A stretch of 64,000 nucleotides of DNA, taken from the IMG/VR virus record IMGVR_UViG_3300035390_000014, positions 1 through 64,000 of that record; one strand, 5' to 3'. Below the pieces are notes generated by a model, which had not been told where the DNA came from, did not search any database, and was given only the letters and a program-made list of their open reading frames with translations. Positions 46,466 to 56,552 of this stretch are shown one piece after another; positions within the stretch are counted from its first letter, which is position 1; each line of letters begins with the position of its first letter. A program made the position numbers and the translations under genes. Source of the DNA: a virus. Taxonomy: Duplodnaviria > Caudoviricetes.

Positions 46466-47914
46466 TTAAAAGTCTAAATCGACCAATTTTGATAATTCTA
46501 TAATTTTATCATCCAATTGTCCAGAAAAGTATAATGTATAAAACTTAACCATATTACTTTCTATTTTGGAAAGAGGGATGCCTCCGTAAGGTTTACCATC
46601 AAAGATATTAAAGAAATTAACTCTTGAGGTTCGTCCAACAAAATAACTCATAATTTTATAAGGTAATATTTTGGTTTGAAAACCAAAGAAGTTATTAGTC
46701 TTGTCCTGAACATTAATAAAACCTGCTTCATTATTAACATTCTTTATTTTATAAGTAGTGGCAACTGCTGGAGAACTAGTAGGATAAAAATTCAACATTG
46801 AAAACATATCTGAATATTCATTGTGAAAAACTTGTTGTAATAGTTTTTGCAAATAAACAGACATGACTATTGAATGTTCCGGAGATAAGGTTTTGAAGTG
46901 AAAGTAAGGAATATTAGTGATTTTTGATAATAGTGGAAATACCAAACAATCGCTTAAAGGTGATATATATTCTATATCCTGAACTCTTTGTTGAAACTCA
47001 GCTAAATTTTTATCAGCAGCATCATTATTATCAACAGCCATTGGAGTTGTTTTATCAATTTCTTTATAGATATATTCATAGGCAATACCCTTCAATCTTC
47101 CAAGAGTATCATTATAACTATATGTTTTAAGATTATCAACATTCAATCCATGAATATCTTCAGTTGATACTGAATCATCATAAACTATTGTTTTCTTATA
47201 TACTGATCTAAGGAACCATTTAACTGATTCCTCAACAACTCCAACAAAGTAAGTAATTGGATTTTTATCCTCTTCACAGAGAATAAGAATTGAGTTCATA
47301 ATGAAATTGAATATTTCAACTGTATGAACATCAATTGATTTACATTGGATCATCTTGATATATTCCCACATATATCTATCAGTGAGGTTATATCTAAATG
47401 TTTTAGTTTTAACAATGTTGAATATTTTAAAAACAACATCTGTATTCATTATTTCTTCAACAAGCATATTATAAATTTTCTTATGGACTTGATTTGATAT
47501 CACAATGTCTTGTCTAATTGAGATCAATGAATATAGTTTCAAATAACCAGAAACCACCAAAATCTTTCTTATTTCAGCAGGTTCAAATAAAATTGTCCCT
47601 TTCTTAACTTTAGATCTATCAACAAATTTAGAATAATCCATATTTTGAATATCAAAATATTTATCAATGTATTCTTTTAAAATGTTGATGTTATTAGTTA
47701 TGTAATTTAAATCATCTTTGTCTTTATACTCTTCAATAAATTTAAAAAACCATTCTGAAAATTCATCACCACTTGCTTCATTTACACTTTTAATAAAATC
47801 AGTAACAATATGAAATTTGTTAGTGACTGAGGAAGATTTCAAATTAAGTTCAATAGTTTTTTCACCCAAAGACATTGACCACTTCTTCTGTTCTAATTTT
47901 TCAAACTCAAGCAT
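46466..47914 (-). CDS. Large helical hypothetical protein; candidate phage transcription/promoter-specificity factor
   Basis: 482-aa monocistronic unit with its own class A motif and terminator, next to the RNAP-2 genes. The functional call is contextual inference. Confidence 0.35.
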   Translation of the reverse strand: MLEFEKLEQKKWSMSLGEKTIELNLKSSSVTNKFHIVTDFIKSVNEASGDEFSEWFFKFIEEYKDKDDLNYITNNINILKEYIDKYFDIQNMDYSKFVDRSKVKKGTILFEPAEIRKILVVSGYLKLYSLISIRQDIVISNQVHKKIYNMLVEEIMNTDVVFKIFNIVKTKTFRYNLTDRYMWEYIKMIQCKSIDVHTVEIFNFIMNSILILCEEDKNPITYFVGVVEESVKWFLRSVYKKTIVYDDSVSTEDIHGLNVDNLKTYSYNDTLGRLKGIAYEYIYKEIDKTTPMAVDNNDAADKNLAEFQQRVQDIEYISPLSDCLVFPLLSKITNIPYFHFKTLSPEHSIVMSVYLQKLLQQVFHNEYSDMFSMLNFYPTSSPAVATTYKIKNVNNEAGFINVQDKTNNFFGFQTKILPYKIMSYFVGRTSRVNFFNIFDGKPYGGIPLSKIESNMVKFYTLYFSGQLDDKIIELSKLVDLDF

Positions 47915-47960
47915 TTAAACTCCTTTTTTTGTTATAAAAATTAAACAAACTATTCTATGT

Positions 47961-47990
47961 TATGTTATGTATATTAATATATATAACATA
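47961..47990 (-). promoter_or_regulatory. 30-bp near-perfect palindrome containing motif class A
   Basis: tatgttatgtatattaatatatataacata is self-complementary except for one G/T pair; about 47 nt upstream of the ATG at 47914. Confidence 0.65.
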
Positions 47991-48075
47991 GTGGTTTAAT
48001 TTATAATACATATAACATACTTATACGTAAATATATATATTTAACAAAAAATACTATATTGGAAACATACTTAAA

Positions 48076-48591
48076 TTATTTTATTACAAATCTTCTTACC
48101 ATTGAAATTACAACTTCTTTATCAATAAAGTCCCCAGGACAAGTTAATTCTTCATCAGATGATACTTCATTATGAAATTTAATTCGACTTGGATCTAATT
48201 TAAACATTTTCAACATAGGGTTTAATAACCTAAAAGCCAGTACTTCATACATACGTTTTTGTGGAACCTTAAAATCATAGTTACCTAATAAGGCAACATG
48301 AATAGCTCTGTTATTTATATTAGCATCAATATCATCCCATTCACACAAATAAACAAAAGGTCTACAAACAAAAGGATAATATTCTTCATCTATTTTTTCA
48401 ATTACATAATGATAATTAACATCTGAATGCTTCATTTCAAGTACACCCTTTGATAAACCTTGTACTTGAAACTTAGCATTATCTATCTTAGACGCTGGAT
48501 TTTTATATAATTCAGAGGTATGATGCAATATAATCCATTTAACTTTACCTCTTCTGATTTTCATCAAACTTGGTTTTAATGGGATTTTCAT
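48076..48591 (-). CDS. N-acetylmuramoyl-L-alanine amidase (Amidase_2), probable endolysin
   Basis: WIILHHTS, YHYVI, AIHVALLGNYD, FHNEV...TCPG. Confidence 0.85.
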   Translation of the reverse strand: MKIPLKPSLMKIRRGKVKWIILHHTSELYKNPASKIDNAKFQVQGLSKGVLEMKHSDVNYHYVIEKIDEEYYPFVCRPFVYLCEWDDIDANINNRAIHVALLGNYDFKVPQKRMYEVLAFRLLNPMLKMFKLDPSRIKFHNEVSSDEELTCPGDFIDKEVVISMVRRFVIK

Positions 48592-48596
48592 ATTTT

Positions 48597-49016
48597 TTAA
48601 GCCTTTTTAGCTTTTAATTTTTGAGATCTATTTTTAGCTGAAGCAGCTTTCTTTCTAAATAATTCTTTCTCTTCTGGTGTATCAGCTTCTTTCTCTTTAT
48701 TTTTCCATTTTTTATAAAGTTTATAAGCTAAATAGGCAGCGCCAGCTAAACCAGCAGCGCCAGCAGCGCCAGCTGCCTGACCAACATGTTTACCCATTGC
48801 ACCAGATCTATTAATTTTTTTATTTGTAGAATCTACGTCATTATTCCAAGTCTTGATACGATCTTTAGACCCTAACATTTTTCCAACTGTTTTTCCTATT
48901 TCTTTATTTTTTCTTTTTATAGCCCATTCTTTACCACGTTCTTCGTTTGGTTTATATAAATCTTTTAATCCAAATTTAGCTTCATCTATCATATATTGCT
49001 CAGTTAAAGTTAACAT
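48597..49016 (-). CDS. Putative virion-internal protein (IxE, Gly/Ala helix, Lys-rich tail)
   Basis: LTEQYMIDE|AKF; AAGLAGAAYLAYKLYKKWK. Confidence 0.5.
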   Translation of the reverse strand: MLTLTEQYMIDEAKFGLKDLYKPNEERGKEWAIKRKNKEIGKTVGKMLGSKDRIKTWNNDVDSTNKKINRSGAMGKHVGQAAGAAGAAGLAGAAYLAYKLYKKWKNKEKEADTPEEKELFRKKAASAKNRSQKLKAKKA

Positions 49017-49031
49017 ATTTGGTACTCCTTA

Positions 49032-50414
49032 TTATGCGAAATATCCTGGTTCATTTGTTTGTATTATTGGTGGATTTATAACTGATTCTAAAACGGTTGC
49101 TAATCCTTCTGAGGATTCTTCTATAGCTACATCAGCTTCTGCTAATTGAGTCTCCACTGTTTCAGAAAGAGAAGTTATATTTTCTTTAATATCATTAGGT
49201 ACATTTGATTCATCTAATAATGTGGCCACATCAAATGTACCATCGTCAGTAAGATACATATTTTTCAATGTAGCATTAACATATTTAATACTATCATCTA
49301 AATATTCTATATATGGGTCTTGGGAATCTTGAGCTAATGGTTTAGCTTCTTCATATGCAACTGCAAAAGCTGGAGTTTCTAACATAACTGGAATATCAGG
49401 ATAACCTGGAACATTTTCAATTCCTGGAAATTCATCAGTTTTAACAATAGGTAAAAGATCTTCAACTAATATCCCAGTACTAAGAGATGTTTTAATTTTA
49501 GTTAATGCACTAGAAAATGTTGAGTCTTTAACCATGTCAGTTATATATGGGTATCCAGGAATATCAGAAACATCTGCAAACTCTGGAAATTCAAATATCT
49601 CAAAACTAGTAACATCTGGTAATTTTTTTGTTGTTAAATCTTCAAATTTATCATAAATTTTTTTAAAATCTTCATCAGCAGTCATTGCTGATAAGTCTGG
49701 ATATCCAGCAAGATCTTTTAAAGATTCATAACCTGCTACAGTTGGGAAAGAAGAACTATTAAGGTCCGGGATACTTGGTACATCAAAATTTCTACCGCAA
49801 ATAGCTTCTATACAATTAAACAAACCATCAAAATTAGATAACAAATCTGCAATTCCAAGACTTTTTAAAATAGAATTAATTTCATTAATTAAAAAAGCTA
49901 TCGGTCCTTCTATTAAAGCTGATAATCCATCTAAAATACCATTCAATGCCTTACCTAATAAATCAGTTATAACATTTATAAAATCACTAACTAATTCTTC
50001 TATACTCATTAAACCATCAAGTAAATTACTTTTTAACAAACCACAATTTTGTAATATATTATCAATATCACTTGTATCAGGCACTGGAGGTATAGAACTT
50101 GACATTGTATCTTCAATTAAATTTGTGGCATCATCAATTTCATTAATTGGAGTAGCTGCCTCATTTTCTAAATTGCCCAATCCTGATTTTAATAAACCAA
50201 GAGGACCATTAACAGCAGCTTCGGCTCCTGATAATCCAGTAGAAATTTTATCAAGTTGATTGGTAAAATCTGTGCATACACTATTTGTCATTCCAGATAC
50301 TCCAGGTATGCCCAGCGCACCTAATCCATCTGACGATGGAAATTTTTCATTTATTGTGGCTCCAGTGGTTATAATGCTACTAATAGGAGTTGTTTCTAAT
50401 AATATATTAGTCAT
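49032..50414 (-). CDS. Acidic, probably structural (baseplate-region) protein with internal FP...GYP repeats
   Basis: Follows gp5-like and gp53-like genes; repeats FPTVAGYESLKDLAGYPDL / FPEFADVSDIPGYPYI / FPGIENVPGYPDI. Confidence 0.5.
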   Translation of the reverse strand: MTNILLETTPISSIITTGATINEKFPSSDGLGALGIPGVSGMTNSVCTDFTNQLDKISTGLSGAEAAVNGPLGLLKSGLGNLENEAATPINEIDDATNLIEDTMSSSIPPVPDTSDIDNILQNCGLLKSNLLDGLMSIEELVSDFINVITDLLGKALNGILDGLSALIEGPIAFLINEINSILKSLGIADLLSNFDGLFNCIEAICGRNFDVPSIPDLNSSSFPTVAGYESLKDLAGYPDLSAMTADEDFKKIYDKFEDLTTKKLPDVTSFEIFEFPEFADVSDIPGYPYITDMVKDSTFSSALTKIKTSLSTGILVEDLLPIVKTDEFPGIENVPGYPDIPVMLETPAFAVAYEEAKPLAQDSQDPYIEYLDDSIKYVNATLKNMYLTDDGTFDVATLLDESNVPNDIKENITSLSETVETQLAEADVAIEESSEGLATVLESVINPPIIQTNEPGYFA

Positions 50415-51298
50415 TATGTATCCCTCTTACCTGCAGGCACTGTTGGGTTTGCTTTTTCTACTGATGATGATGATCCTGTATTATCATTAATAACACCAGC
50501 ATCTCTCGCTATTATAGACCCAGCTTTAGTATGATGGCCTACACCTGCACCATCAATTATTGAAAGACCCGCTTTTCTATTATTTGATAAAACTGCTTCA
50601 GTATTAATATTTTGACCTTTAATATGAATATCTTTTTTAACATTTAAACTAAATTTTCCACCGCAATTAATATTTATATCATTTTTAAAATCAATTTGAA
50701 GGTTTTGTTGATCAATATCAATATGAATATAATCACCTTTATAGGTTCTTATTAAGATTTTTTCTCTTTTTTCTCTTTCATCTAATAATATAGTAGTTTG
50801 ATTATCATCAATCTTAGTTACAGATGTTACATCGCCAGAAGGAGGTTCTTTAATTAATCTTTTTTTCCCTGTTATTTCAACTCGAGCATCATCTGGATCA
50901 TCAGACATCATAATTGTTCGACCTTGATGACTTTTTAATATAACCCATTTATCTTCTGGGTTTGATCCTGTTTTACATTCTGGCAATACTGTAGTATTTT
51001 CTAAATCACATGATCCAAAATAATAAGGATTACTGGGATTACCTGCTTCAAAAAATACAAAAACCCAACTACCTTTTTTAGGAATAAATGATGACCCCAT
51101 ATAATGATGTTCTTCATCACCTTCCATATTTCTTCCACCAACTGGATTATTCGCCGGACTTGCTAACAATCCTCTGGTCGGTTCAACTTCTGGCATTATT
51201 TGAGGAATCCATACTGTTATACGACCATAGAATTTAGGGTCTCTATTCCCTACAACTAATGCTCTATAAAATCCATAAAGTTCATTTGATATATCCAT
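50414..51298 (-). CDS. Baseplate hub/spike protein, T4 gp5/VgrG OB-fold type (no lysozyme domain)
   Basis: YRALVVGNRDPKFYGRITVWIPQI, FIPKKGSWVFVFFEAGNPSNPYYFG, beta-helix-like C-terminus. Confidence 0.85.
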   Translation of the reverse strand: MDISNELYGFYRALVVGNRDPKFYGRITVWIPQIMPEVEPTRGLLASPANNPVGGRNMEGDEEHHYMGSSFIPKKGSWVFVFFEAGNPSNPYYFGSCDLENTTVLPECKTGSNPEDKWVILKSHQGRTIMMSDDPDDARVEITGKKRLIKEPPSGDVTSVTKIDDNQTTILLDEREKREKILIRTYKGDYIHIDIDQQNLQIDFKNDININCGGKFSLNVKKDIHIKGQNINTEAVLSNNRKAGLSIIDGAGVGHHTKAGSIIARDAGVINDNTGSSSSVEKANPTVPAGKRDT

Positions 51299-51306
51299 GA
51301 CTATCC

Positions 51307-52197
51307 TTATTTAAAAATTCTTTTTGATATTTGCAAGATAGTAGCAAATTCAGTTTCATTATATCTATAATAAAACGCAGGAGATAGAGTTGGAGTTATA
51401 CCTGGAACATCACTGGTTGTTAATACTGCTATAAATCTAACACAATCTTCAACAGCAGGAATAAAATGTATAGTTAACATTCTTAATATTTTTGAAACAA
51501 AGTTATATTTACCAACACCAGGAAAAACTTTTAATTTATCTAAAGCTTTTATAAAATCATTTACATTACTAAAATCAAATGATCTTAATAAATCTATATC
51601 AGCTTTGTAATTATAAGCAGTTGCTATTGATGCATTTTGAAATAATCTATCACCTTTTATATTAAAAAATGCAGCATAAACATAACAAGAAATCATAAAT
51701 TTTAATTTTGGAATTTGAGTTGAATAAATACCAATTAACCCATATTCTTTGCCAAAGATTCTAATAAAAACAGATAATAAATAAGCAGTTATATGACCTG
51801 CAAATCTATCAGGAATAGCTTGTTTTGTTACCAATTCTTTTAAACATATACCATATACTAAACAACCATATAAATCTCTTGATGTTGGATTCATAGTTGA
51901 AATTTCTTTAGTGTTAAAAGAACTTAAATTTATAATAACTTGTTTAGTAGGTTTATTATAAGTAACTGGTAATGGATAATTAGGCATATAAACTATTTCA
52001 ATTTCATTTTTACCAGAATTTAAAAGTTGATAAACTTTAGTTTTTGTATAATGGTTAACCCTCTTTTCCAGTAAACTTAAAATTGAATGTAATGTTTCTA
52101 TTCCATCATCAACTATAAATGCTTGCAAACTAGATGAGGAAACATTAAGAATATTTGGTATATCTTTTAATAGAGTGAATTTATCTATAATTACCAA
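51307..52197 (-). CDS. Hypothetical protein
   Basis: 296-aa ORF in the structural cluster. Confidence 0.6.
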   Translation of the reverse strand: MVIIDKFTLLKDIPNILNVSSSSLQAFIVDDGIETLHSILSLLEKRVNHYTKTKVYQLLNSGKNEIEIVYMPNYPLPVTYNKPTKQVIINLSSFNTKEISTMNPTSRDLYGCLVYGICLKELVTKQAIPDRFAGHITAYLLSVFIRIFGKEYGLIGIYSTQIPKLKFMISCYVYAAFFNIKGDRLFQNASIATAYNYKADIDLLRSFDFSNVNDFIKALDKLKVFPGVGKYNFVSKILRMLTIHFIPAVEDCVRFIAVLTTSDVPGITPTLSPAFYYRYNETEFATILQISKRIFK

Positions 52198-52580
52198 TTT
52201 ACTGCCTCCAAGTCATCTGGTGAAAGTTCAGGAAATTTATCAATTAATATATCTGAAATATAAGACATTTTTGGAATTATTATTTCATTTAAATTAAATT
52301 GCTCAACACAAAAAACTCCATTCACATACATTAATAATGGAGCCAATACAACTGTTCCATATTCATCAAATGATAAATAATCAGGTCTCATATTATATTT
52401 TAATTCAAATTTCTTTTTAGTAGAATTTGCTGTAAGAAAAAATAAATGTTTTTCCAACATCCAAAATAATGGAGACGGAAACGTCACACTCCCTTTAACA
52501 TTTTTATATGAAGTACCCATATAATCTAAACTAGTTGGCATTAGTTTATTTTTGCTAGCTTCCTGATCTATAGTAAACAT
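52191..52580 (-). CDS. Baseplate wedge protein, T4 gp53/LysM-like
   Basis: RPDYLSFDEYGTVVLAPLLMYVNGV...IIIPK pattern. Confidence 0.7.
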   Translation of the reverse strand: MFTIDQEASKNKLMPTSLDYMGTSYKNVKGSVTFPSPLFWMLEKHLFFLTANSTKKKFELKYNMRPDYLSFDEYGTVVLAPLLMYVNGVFCVEQFNLNEIIIPKMSYISDILIDKFPELSPDDLEAVNW

Positions 52581-52584
52581 TTAT

Positions 52585-53229
52585 TTATCCCTCGTTAATT
52601 GCTTGATCATTATGACCAGGATAATCATCTCTCGTCCACCCACAATTAGATTCAGTTACTGATAGTCTTTGCATGATAACATCTAAATCTTCATCATCCA
52701 TAGATTTTGAGTATTCGTCGAGAAATGCTTTGTAGTTTCCTTTGATTACACTAACTGGAACTCCTAAAAAACCATTATGAAATTTTTCATGAATAGATTT
52801 AATTAATGTAACATATCCAACTTTATTTTGAAAATGATACTTTATTGCTTCTAATGAAACATCAAATGTAGAAAACTCTTTTTCTTCATCCATCATTTTA
52901 TTTGCGATAGATTTAACTAAAACAAATAAACTCGGAATATGATGATGTACCTCTATTGTACATTGATCCATTCTTTCATTGGTAATCATACAAGTCTGGA
53001 CCCCTAACACATCAATTATATAGTTTCTCCATTGTTTATATTCAATACTACTTCTAATATTTCTTTCACAATTTCTTATAAATTTTACATACTCCGCTTC
53101 ATTCTCAAAACTTCCAATTCGTAGAGGTAGTCTAAATGGGTATTGGTCACTATATAATTCTAAACCTTCTACCTCAGCATCAATTTCAATATTATCTGTC
53201 TCTAGTTTATTTAAATCAATCCCCGTCAT
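52585..53229 (-). CDS. Hypothetical protein with an HNH-like motif
   Basis: CMIT...IEVHHH...LIKSIHEKFH. Confidence 0.5.
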   Translation of the reverse strand: MTGIDLNKLETDNIEIDAEVEGLELYSDQYPFRLPLRIGSFENEAEYVKFIRNCERNIRSSIEYKQWRNYIIDVLGVQTCMITNERMDQCTIEVHHHIPSLFVLVKSIANKMMDEEKEFSTFDVSLEAIKYHFQNKVGYVTLIKSIHEKFHNGFLGVPVSVIKGNYKAFLDEYSKSMDDEDLDVIMQRLSVTESNCGWTRDDYPGHNDQAINEG

Positions 53230-55072
53230 CTCCTTTACCTCCTTCCATTGCTTTAGCCATAATATTCAGAGCAAGAAAAATTGATCCAACAATTACAATA
53301 ACTGGCCAAGCAGAATAAATAGCACCACCAACAACTGGAGCGGCTTGTGCTAGAAAATATAAAACAATTGTAACCCCACCACCCATAAAGAATAAACCAA
53401 GTATTGCAAATATAAATGCAACTTTTAAGTCATTAGCAAAAGCATCATTATCTTCTTCTAATGTTTTAGTTTTTGATCTAGTATCCATTACAACTTTTTT
53501 CAAGTCATTTTTAAAATTATAATTTTTATTTTTATTCATTGTAGCCATACTTGCTAATAACCCAGACCCAATTTTTAAAATAGAATCATCTAGTTGAGGT
53601 AATGAATTTTTGAATACTCTAAACGCTAAATCATAATTCTTTTTATATTGTTTATCTACTACTTTTGCTTTATCAATAGCTTTATTTAAATCAATTCTTT
53701 TATTAGATGGATTAAATTTTTTAACAATCATGCTTGCTTTTTTATAATCTTTTCTTTTAAATGCACTAGTGATACTTTTGAAATCTGAAATCATTGTTTT
53801 AGGATTTTCTTTTAATTTATTAAGAATATCTGGTAAAACACTTTCATTTAAAGCTGATTCAGAGATTAAAATATCCTGAGAATATTTATCTAATTTTTGA
53901 CGTGCTAAGCTATCTGTAATCATTGATTCTTTTCTCCTTGTCATTCTAAATAAAGGTCCTGCTGATTTTCTTACATCTTCAATATCTTGATATACTTGAG
54001 ATTGGGATCTTGCATCAGAATATAGAAAACCATAGTTTACCATAGAACACATACCTCTATAGTCCTTCATACAAAAATGAACTACTTTATTAATATCATC
54101 CGCTATAATAAACGAAGTCCAACCAAGTGAAAATAACTTTTTAACACCAGAAGCACTATGAGTGAAATCTTCTTCCAAATCCATTTTATTTAATAATACA
54201 AACATATTATTTTTAAATGCTGTGTTCTGTAGTATTATATCATTTTTCCAATTTTTACTAACTGTACCCTTTTCTAAATCTTTATCAACAAATCCAGTCC
54301 ATGAAAACATAAGACCAATTGTTCTCTTCCAAGTTGAATTAGCTAATCTGTGCATAAAACGTAATACTTTTCTTGCTTGAACATGAACATTTTTACTCAG
54401 TTTACTTCTATATCTATCAATGGTCATTAATTTAACTAAGGATTGTTCATTATCAATAACAAAAGGTATAACCTTAACACCTATTGCTTTAGTATTGCCT
54501 TGTTGATCTGTTACAGTATTCCAAGTAGGAGATGTATTTATAGAATCAGCATCCAGTCTACCAATACTAGGCGGCTCATTTACAACCTGACCTTTTTTGG
54601 CATCATACTCACCTTTAGTTTTTTGAACAGCATCCTTATATGGATCTCTCTTTTCTGGTCTGGGTGGAGCTGGAGATCTTGTTTTTCTATATCCAGTTTC
54701 CATACCAGTTGCATCATAATCAGTAGTACTTGTGGTATTCATTACTTGTGTTTGATTTTTAGATTTTGGAGCTTCTGTAAGAAATTCATCATCAGAATAC
54801 CAATTTTCCAATGACCAATCTTCAGCAATATAATCATCTATGCTTTCACCAGGGTCTAAGTTTTCTAACCTTAGTTGCATTTTATTACCAATATTTTTCA
54901 TTGAAATATATACAGAATCTTTTAAATTCTGATTTTTAATATTTTGATTAGCTGCTTCTATTACATTATCTATATCATTAATATATACATATTTTTCAAG
55001 AGCTTTACATACACCAGGCAAAATATTTGGATTAACTGTTTTTGATACTATTAATGGATATGTAACGATCAT
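53216..55072 (-). CDS. Large putative virion protein with internal xxE sites and a C-terminal TM module
   Basis: YIAE|DW, FLTE|APK, LISESALNE|SVL; the C-terminal helical plus 2-TM module resembles 36309..36866 and 41304..41999. Confidence 0.5.
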   Translation of the reverse strand: MIVTYPLIVSKTVNPNILPGVCKALEKYVYINDIDNVIEAANQNIKNQNLKDSVYISMKNIGNKMQLRLENLDPGESIDDYIAEDWSLENWYSDDEFLTEAPKSKNQTQVMNTTSTTDYDATGMETGYRKTRSPAPPRPEKRDPYKDAVQKTKGEYDAKKGQVVNEPPSIGRLDADSINTSPTWNTVTDQQGNTKAIGVKVIPFVIDNEQSLVKLMTIDRYRSKLSKNVHVQARKVLRFMHRLANSTWKRTIGLMFSWTGFVDKDLEKGTVSKNWKNDIILQNTAFKNNMFVLLNKMDLEEDFTHSASGVKKLFSLGWTSFIIADDINKVVHFCMKDYRGMCSMVNYGFLYSDARSQSQVYQDIEDVRKSAGPLFRMTRRKESMITDSLARQKLDKYSQDILISESALNESVLPDILNKLKENPKTMISDFKSITSAFKRKDYKKASMIVKKFNPSNKRIDLNKAIDKAKVVDKQYKKNYDLAFRVFKNSLPQLDDSILKIGSGLLASMATMNKNKNYNFKNDLKKVVMDTRSKTKTLEEDNDAFANDLKVAFIFAILGLFFMGGGVTIVLYFLAQAAPVVGGAIYSAWPVIVIVGSIFLALNIMAKAMEGGKGDDGD

Positions 55073-55086
55073 ATTTTCATCCTTTA

Positions 55087-55989
55087 TTACAATAGAAATA
55101 CAGATTTAACATCTTTTTCTTTTGGATCTTTTTTAGCTGAATCTTTTTTGCAATATTTTTTATATTGGCACCAATGACATTGCTCTTTATCTGAATTTAT
55201 AGTATCTGGTACAATATCATTTTTTAAACAATCAATCAACATTGGTCCATAACTTAAATATTTTATAGCTGTTTTATCATCTAAAGGTAAATCAAATGGT
55301 ATAATTCTTTTTAAATTTCTAATTATATAAACTATGGTTATTGTATCAATTTTATAATTATATTCAGAATTTAAAAGATAGGCATATATTAACCCTTGTA
55401 AATAATGAGCTAAAAGATATTCACCTTTAAATTTAGAATCATCTATAGTTTTATATTCAATTAAAAAATTATCTCTTATGCCATCAACACGACCTTTAAC
55501 TTTATATTTTTCAGAAATAAGAGTTTTTTCAACTTCAGTGTGGTCGTACAATTCCTGAATTAAATCATGAACTGTATTACCAACTTTATTTATCATATAT
55601 AAATAAGAAAAATTATATTCTTTAGATATATCAATTTCATATTTTTTTCTTACATAATAAGTTTTTCTTAAACAATTAAATAATTCGGTAACAGAAATGT
55701 ACGGTCTGTTATAACTTTGCATCTTTTTATGGTTGTCTATCAATTTTGCTCTCATAAGAGACTCAAAATTGTTTACAACAAACCCCCTTGAAGTCTGTAT
55801 CGGTTTGTTATTAAATTTAACATCCGAATAAACACCTTCAAGGGAGTCTTTTATTAGTTGCTTTGTATTTACAGAAGCCTTTTCTTTTTCAATTTTGATA
55901 TTACTACTTTTTTTAATTGAAGAAGTTTTATCTGTTTCATCGTCAAGATATTTTAATAAAGTTTCATATTGATTACTTTGTAAGCTCAT
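55087..55989 (-). CDS. Cas4/AddB-like PD-(D/E)xK exonuclease with Fe-S Cys motif
   Basis: CLRKTYY, GNTVHDLIQ, EVE...GRVDG...EYKT, CHWCQYKKYC. Confidence 0.85.
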   Translation of the reverse strand: MSLQSNQYETLLKYLDDETDKTSSIKKSSNIKIEKEKASVNTKQLIKDSLEGVYSDVKFNNKPIQTSRGFVVNNFESLMRAKLIDNHKKMQSYNRPYISVTELFNCLRKTYYVRKKYEIDISKEYNFSYLYMINKVGNTVHDLIQELYDHTEVEKTLISEKYKVKGRVDGIRDNFLIEYKTIDDSKFKGEYLLAHYLQGLIYAYLLNSEYNYKIDTITIVYIIRNLKRIIPFDLPLDDKTAIKYLSYGPMLIDCLKNDIVPDTINSDKEQCHWCQYKKYCKKDSAKKDPKEKDVKSVFLL

Positions 55990-56536
55990 GAGCCTCTAAA
56001 ATAAATAAAGCTGATTCAACCAAATTATCACGAAGAACCTTATAAGCATCTTCAATAATTTGACCATCCCACTCATTTAATTTTTCAGTTTGTGTTGATT
56101 CCCCTAACGCTCGTCCAACAAGAAGATTATCTACTGCTAAACCAAAAGCTTTCTTTCTAATAGCTTCTCTTACTTCATCTTGAATGTTTAGATCTGCATT
56201 TTCTTCAAGAGCTTCTTTTAGAGATGCCTTTACAGCATTACGACCTTGATCAGTTTCAACAAGTGCCTGAGCATTAGATCTAGCAATTTTAGCTGATTCT
56301 CTTGCTTGAAATCTAAGATCGTTTGTATTTATTTTATCCATGGTGGCAACAGGATTATGATCAATGATACCATACATTTCAATCATCAGTGACATAAAGG
56401 CACCTTTAACTGTCATATAATCTTCTGCTAATGCCTCGCAACATGCTTTCATTTTTTGGACTGGTTTTCCAAAGAAAACATTATCAAGTGCATAAAAATT
56501 TTCAAGAACTCTTATTTTACTTTCTTTTTGTAACAT
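55973..56536 (-). CDS. Hypothetical helical protein (possibly head-assembly related)
   Basis: 187-aa helical ORF with several LxE motifs. Confidence 0.5.
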   Translation of the reverse strand: MLQKESKIRVLENFYALDNVFFGKPVQKMKACCEALAEDYMTVKGAFMSLMIEMYGIIDHNPVATMDKINTNDLRFQARESAKIARSNAQALVETDQGRNAVKASLKEALEENADLNIQDEVREAIRKKAFGLAVDNLLVGRALGESTQTEKLNEWDGQIIEDAYKVLRDNLVESALFILEAHELTK

Positions 56537-56552
56537 ATTAAACTCCTCCTTA

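Noticed and set aside
55087-55989. Cas4-like gene as evidence of a CRISPR-Cas locus
   Set aside because: No repeat-spacer array or other cas genes were seen; solo Cas4-like exonucleases are common in phage recombination modules.
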